Assembly: GCA_964016885.1 (NCBI GenBank)
Contig: OZ024743.1
Span: 355,384,001-355,448,000, forward strand
Direction of reading: 5' to 3'
Origin: Eledone cirrhosa
Taxonomy: Eukaryota
Length of the DNA: 64,000 nucleotides
The position numbers and the translations under genes were made by a program. Position 1 is the first letter of the stretch; every line of letters begins with the position of its first letter. Shown in pieces: positions 59,078 to 64,000 of the stretch. The notes under the pieces are model-generated. The model did no database searches and was not told the origin of the DNA. It saw only the letters and a list, made by a program, of their open reading frames with translations.

Positions 59078-60156
59078 TACATTTTTTATATCAGTTTATG
59101 TGTATGTGCCTGTATGTGCCTGTATGTGCGCGCGCGAGTGTGTACGTGCGCGTGTGTGTGTACGTGCGCGTGTGTGTGTATGCGTGCATATCTTTGTGTT
59201 TTGTTAATAAAGAGTTCGATAAAATACTACCACGCTTGAAAAATAAAGTGGCCTCATTCTAATGACAGAATTTTGTAAAGTAATAAATTGATAATTGTTT
59301 CTACGTTTGGCACAAGGTCAGCAATTATACCAGTGAATTACTGGTGCTTTATTTTATCGACCCTCGTAAGGATGAAATAAAGCAATAAACTAATAATTGT
59401 TTCTACTTTTGGCACAAGGCCAGCAATTACCCAGTACATTACTGGTACTTTATTTTATCGACCCCGTAAGGATGAAAGGCAAAGTTAACCTCGGTGGGAT
59501 TTGAACTCAGATCGTAAAGGGACGTAACTATGCTAGAAAGCATGGCGTCCGACCCTCTACCGATACTGCCAAATGTTCGCTTGCATGTGTATATGTGTAT
59601 ACGATGGGCTTCCATAGTTTTCGTCTGCCACATTCCACCCTCGCATTAAAGGCGCGTGGCTTGTAGACTAGGGTACTGTGTTAACGATCATAGGGTTTTG
59701 ATTTCGATCTTTGAAGAGAGCAGTGGATTGTATTCTAGACGAAGACATTTTATTTCATGTTTCTCCTATCCACTCAGCCGGAAAAAAATTAGTTATACCA
59801 GTAATTCGAGAGGCCAGCCTTGTCACACATGAGTCACCCTGTATGCCCCTGAGAATTACATCAAGGGTATATATGTTTGTGAATTGCACGTTAATTTAAT
59901 AAGCGGACTGTTACGTTGATTAAATCAGCCGGAGCCCTCGTTATCTGAGACGACGTATGTCCAATATATATATTCTCGTATATGTATGCATATATACTAA
60001 TACTATCTATGGCCTTCGTGATATGATAGTATTAATGAAGCCCTTTGACAATGTTTAACTTGGTAATTTATTTCTTCTTAGAAATAATATACTGATCCAT
60101 GAGTTCGCGTATGAAACGTTACTTGGACACGACTGAAGGATGTCGATATTCTAGAT

Positions 60157-60762
60157 CAGAGGTGAGGAACCTTTTCATGTTGAAAGGCAGCATTATATTA
60201 CTTGTAATATAATAAGGTCGCCCTCAAGAAACCATAATTTTATAAATGAAAATTATACACCCTCTATTTTTAGCTTGCTCCTGCATCACAGAATACAAAA
60301 ACAAGCAACACATACGAATATACGGTCAAGTTGTTGAACAATGTTTTAAATTCTACTTCAAATCGAAATCCACATGCATAATTGGGAAAATTTGATAACC
60401 ACTGATGTACTAAATCTCCGTAGGTTCTCACCAAAGAGCCTCAGGTGATAGTGGCTCCAGCCTTGCGGGAATTTTATGTACATTCTAGAATCTCGTTAGA
60501 TTACTAAAGCATGAGCGTAGAAAATGCTGAAATGGCTCTTATGATTTACTAATGTTTAAATTCTGGTTGTTTGATTATTTCGTTGAATTTTCTTTTACTC
60601 TTTGGTATTTAAAATACTTATGATTTAAAATCTTATGATTTAAATTAAACTAATAAGAAATAGACAAAAACATTAATAAAAATTTAAAATTTCTTGGAAT
60701 TATTTTAATTCTTTCAAAAGGCCGCCCAGAATGACATAGAAGGCCGCAGGTACCCATCTCTG
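60157..60762. mobile_element. hAT (Charlie-like) non-autonomous DNA transposon
   Basis: TIRs CAGAGGTGAGGAACCT / AGGTACCCATCTCTG. The 8-bp TSD is TTCTAGAT / CTCTAGAC (NTCTAGAN). Confidence 0.8.
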
Positions 60763-61968
60763 CTCTAGACGTTGCCTGGCGTATTACTAATTAGCAACGG
60801 TGCCGTGTTTTTACAGTATTTTTCTCTGTTGGTAGAACAAATACCATTATATAAAAATACTAAAATTTCTATTACAACTCAGGACTTATTGTTTCATTTC
60901 CAAATTTGAGCCATATACATTTATGATATTTCCCTCACTGGTCAAGGTGTGAATAGCCTGTTCTGAGCTTAAAACAAGAAGGACTGTTCTTTTCTTCTTT
61001 CACTGAGATTGAAGTGCGGGATTGCATACTTTCATCAATCTTGAATACATGTTAGAGATGGTAGTGGGTACAGTCAAGAACCTGGAGAAATTTCATGATG
61101 CATGGGTAACTATACTTGCAGTTTCATTAGATAGTACTGTGTTGTCGTTTAAATCTTTAAAAACAATCTCTTTTGGCTGGAAATGCTTCTGAAGTGTTTC
61201 CTGATTTTAGTGCCTCTGGATGCTTCTTGTTTTGCATTACAAATTGACATAGTAGCACATTGCATTGTATTTCATTATTTTTTTTCAATTTTTCAATCGT
61301 TCAATTCTTCAACGAGTCAGTTTCTTTGCTGTTAAGAATGGTGTTGTAATGTCAAAAACAATTATTTTTGTCCGCATTTTTTAATCATAGATGTGGCCAA
61401 GTTTAAAGATCTATCCATATATGCTTCAAGTTTCTCAGCCTCAAATCGCCTCAACATTTGCCGTCTTACATTCAGATTGATGGTTCTTTTCAGGCACTTA
61501 AATGAGTTACACCGTTCAGCACATGGATTTGCAGAGTGTTTTCCACGCATAATAGATAAACAATTATGTGAACAATTCGAGTATATGCGAACGTATGTAT
61601 GAGTGTGAATAATAGGTTCTTATGTATTAGCATATAGTTATTATAATGCAGTGATGTCCCATTTAGATTATTACTTGCAAAAACTAATGGAGCACTATAC
61701 CGAATAAGTGCCAAACGAGTGCTTAATAAAGAATAATTGTGGAAGTGTGAGGCGACTTGCAGTGTGTCTTGTCTATAGGTCCACGTATATGTATGTGCGT
61801 GTGTCTAAATATGTGTCTGTATACGTGCATTTGTGTGTGTGTATATGGGTGGGTGTATAAATAAATAAAGCAATAATCGGTATCAGAAACTTTGAAAATC
61901 TGAGTCCTAATTATCAGCATTTTTGTTAATTAGCTCCTACAAAACCAATTAGAGGGAATGTATGTATG

Positions 61969-62062
<94 letters not shown>

Positions 62063-62198
62063 ATGTATATATATATATATATACATCCATATATACATAT
62101 ATACACACACTTACGTACATATACACATACAGACATAAATACATAAATACATACATACACACGCATACACATACATACATACATACATACATACATAC

Positions 62199-62804
62199 AT
62201 GGTGGCTGCCAACTCGTTTTCGAGTACGGCCACTACTTTATATCCATGTAGGAGAACCCCTACCGATGCGCTGAACGAGTGTGACTTTTTAGTCCAGCCA
62301 GCGACTTGAAAACTCTGGTACAAACACTACACTTGTGACAATTACTGACACATAGTGCTGGGCCCATGGTACCATGTGACGACAAGTGCAGAGAGATCTC
62401 CAGATATAAAGCAATGCCTGTGCCGTGAAGCTTTTATAGTGAGCAAAGGCACTGCACAAAGCCAGTCCCACTCTCTTAACCAAGATGATATTTACCAAAA
62501 AGAAGAACAAGTCAACATCATTGGATACCATCAGGGTTGCAGGTGTTATATCAGAGTTTTCCTTCTCCTAGAATTCTGCCTTGACAAAGGCTAAGGGGTC
62601 ATCTCTCCCGGTGATTTTGGATGGCCATTGACTCTTAAGAGCTCCTTTGCTCTTTGACAGGTTTTGTTTTTAGTCCTGCAGGATGTCCAAAGTCACCCTC
62701 CTCACCAAGAAACCTTGGTGGGGTTGCCAGTTTAGTCGCCAACGACCCGACCATGAGACAGGTTGTACTGGGATACATGTTACCAGTAGCACCAACTGGT
62801 GACC
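62199..62804 (-). mobile_element. Non-autonomous RTE-derived element in (CATA)n; copy of 22185-22802
   Basis: Near-identical reverse complement, with (CATA)n on both sides. Confidence 0.85.
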
Positions 62805-62877
62805 TGACATACATACATACATACATACATACATACATACATACATACATACATACATACATACATACATACATACA

Positions 62878-62908
<31 letters not shown>

Positions 62909-64000
62909 CTATACATATATGTGTGTGTATGTCTAAGCGTTAATTAGATTTTTTTCAATATGTATTTCATCTATATTTTTGTTATTTAATATTATTGTTC
63001 TAAGATTTACTTCTGTATCGAGTTTTGGGTGGTTGTTGTAGCGGTATGGGTGATATTGGTTATCAGCGTCATCGTGTGGTGATAGTAGTGGTGGTAGTAG
63101 AGGTGGTAGTAGAGGTGGTAGTAGAGGTGGTAGTAGAGGTTGTAGTGGTTGGGATGTTGGTGGTGAGATAGGAAGTATGTTAGGCCTAGATATGATGGTG
63201 GTCTTGGTGGTAGTGGTAGTTGTGGTGGTGTTGGTTATAGTACATACTTGTATTAGTAGGTAGTTGTAGTGGCAGTGGTGCAGGTTATAGTATATAGTGG
63301 TAGTTGTGCTAAGTGTAGTATGGAGTAATGGTAGTGGTGCAGGGTACAGTATGTAGCAAAACTAAACGTGGTAGACTGGTAGTGATATGATGGCAGTTTT
63401 CATGAGAGTTATGATATTGTTAATAATTAACCCAAGGTCATTTTCCCTCCATTTGACCCATAGTCAAATGCGTTATAGCCGTCACCATACCATCTTTTGT
63501 TTTCCTTTTTACTACTGACAGTTTATCTAATACTGCATTATCAAATGTACCCGTTTTTCTTTTTCAATGCAGTTTAGTTGGGTTTGAAGATTTGACACTT
63601 TATAGCAGATCAAATGACCACATGGTTTCAATAGTAGTTAGTGGTGTGTTTATTGGTATATGTACAAACTTATTTCAGTTTCTCTATGTCATTGGAAAGA
63701 GCCTTTGTTCCGACGTTTCGGACAAAGACTCTCTTCGGAGAAAGCAGATTAACAATATATATATGTCAACCAACGTGAACCTCCATCAGTCACATTTAAT
63801 TCTATTTTTAGCTTTTTTTTTGTTAATATCAAGTCAAACTAGCTGGAACAGATCTATGACTGAAGATGATCCAGACGGGAAATGTTGTCTTTTTGTGTAT
63901 CAGGAATTACATTGTTAAATGTATCCTTCTTTTTGCAGATTAAGCTACTATTTCTAGCAAAATGATTGTATCAAAGCTCCCTCGTGCCACTGCCGCTTCT

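Noticed and set aside
60900-61720. hAT transposase remnant on the minus strand
   Set aside because: Only a faint FLTVP-like similarity with stops; unsupported without a profile search.
63430-64000. Host exons or the 108-aa ORF at the window end
   Set aside because: No recognisable domain, and the flanks resemble the dispersed repeat at 32710-32940.

Overview
AT-rich, microsatellite-saturated eukaryotic DNA, most likely intergenic or intronic octopus/coleoid cephalopod sequence (inferred from remembered resemblance of the SINEs; not checked). No confident host gene is present, and most ORF-track entries are translated (TA)n/(TG)n/(CA)n. The coding remnants are retrotransposons. They are a near-complete but frameshifted Penelope-like element (PLE; RT + GIY-YIG, 14592-19397), four other PLE coding fragments, an RLE/R4-like LINE end, RTE and Tx1-like LINE pieces, tRNA-derived SINEs and two DNA-transposon MITEs. 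The main hidden structure lies in the short 'unique' islands between (TA)n tracts. Many are PLE 3' ends carrying type I hammerhead ribozymes (HHRs): about 35 motif copies from roughly 15 or more sequence families, all found and folded by eye. Many of these islands form fold-back palindromes with a fixed ~75-87 nt one-sided tail. The HHRs include recurring non-canonical cores: compensatory U3:A8 in at least four families, U4A/U4C, A13C, and a U-U at the base of stem II. One HHR island has a 593-bp direct-repeat period, like a retrozyme or tandem pLTR. No ribozyme activity or database identity could be tested here.
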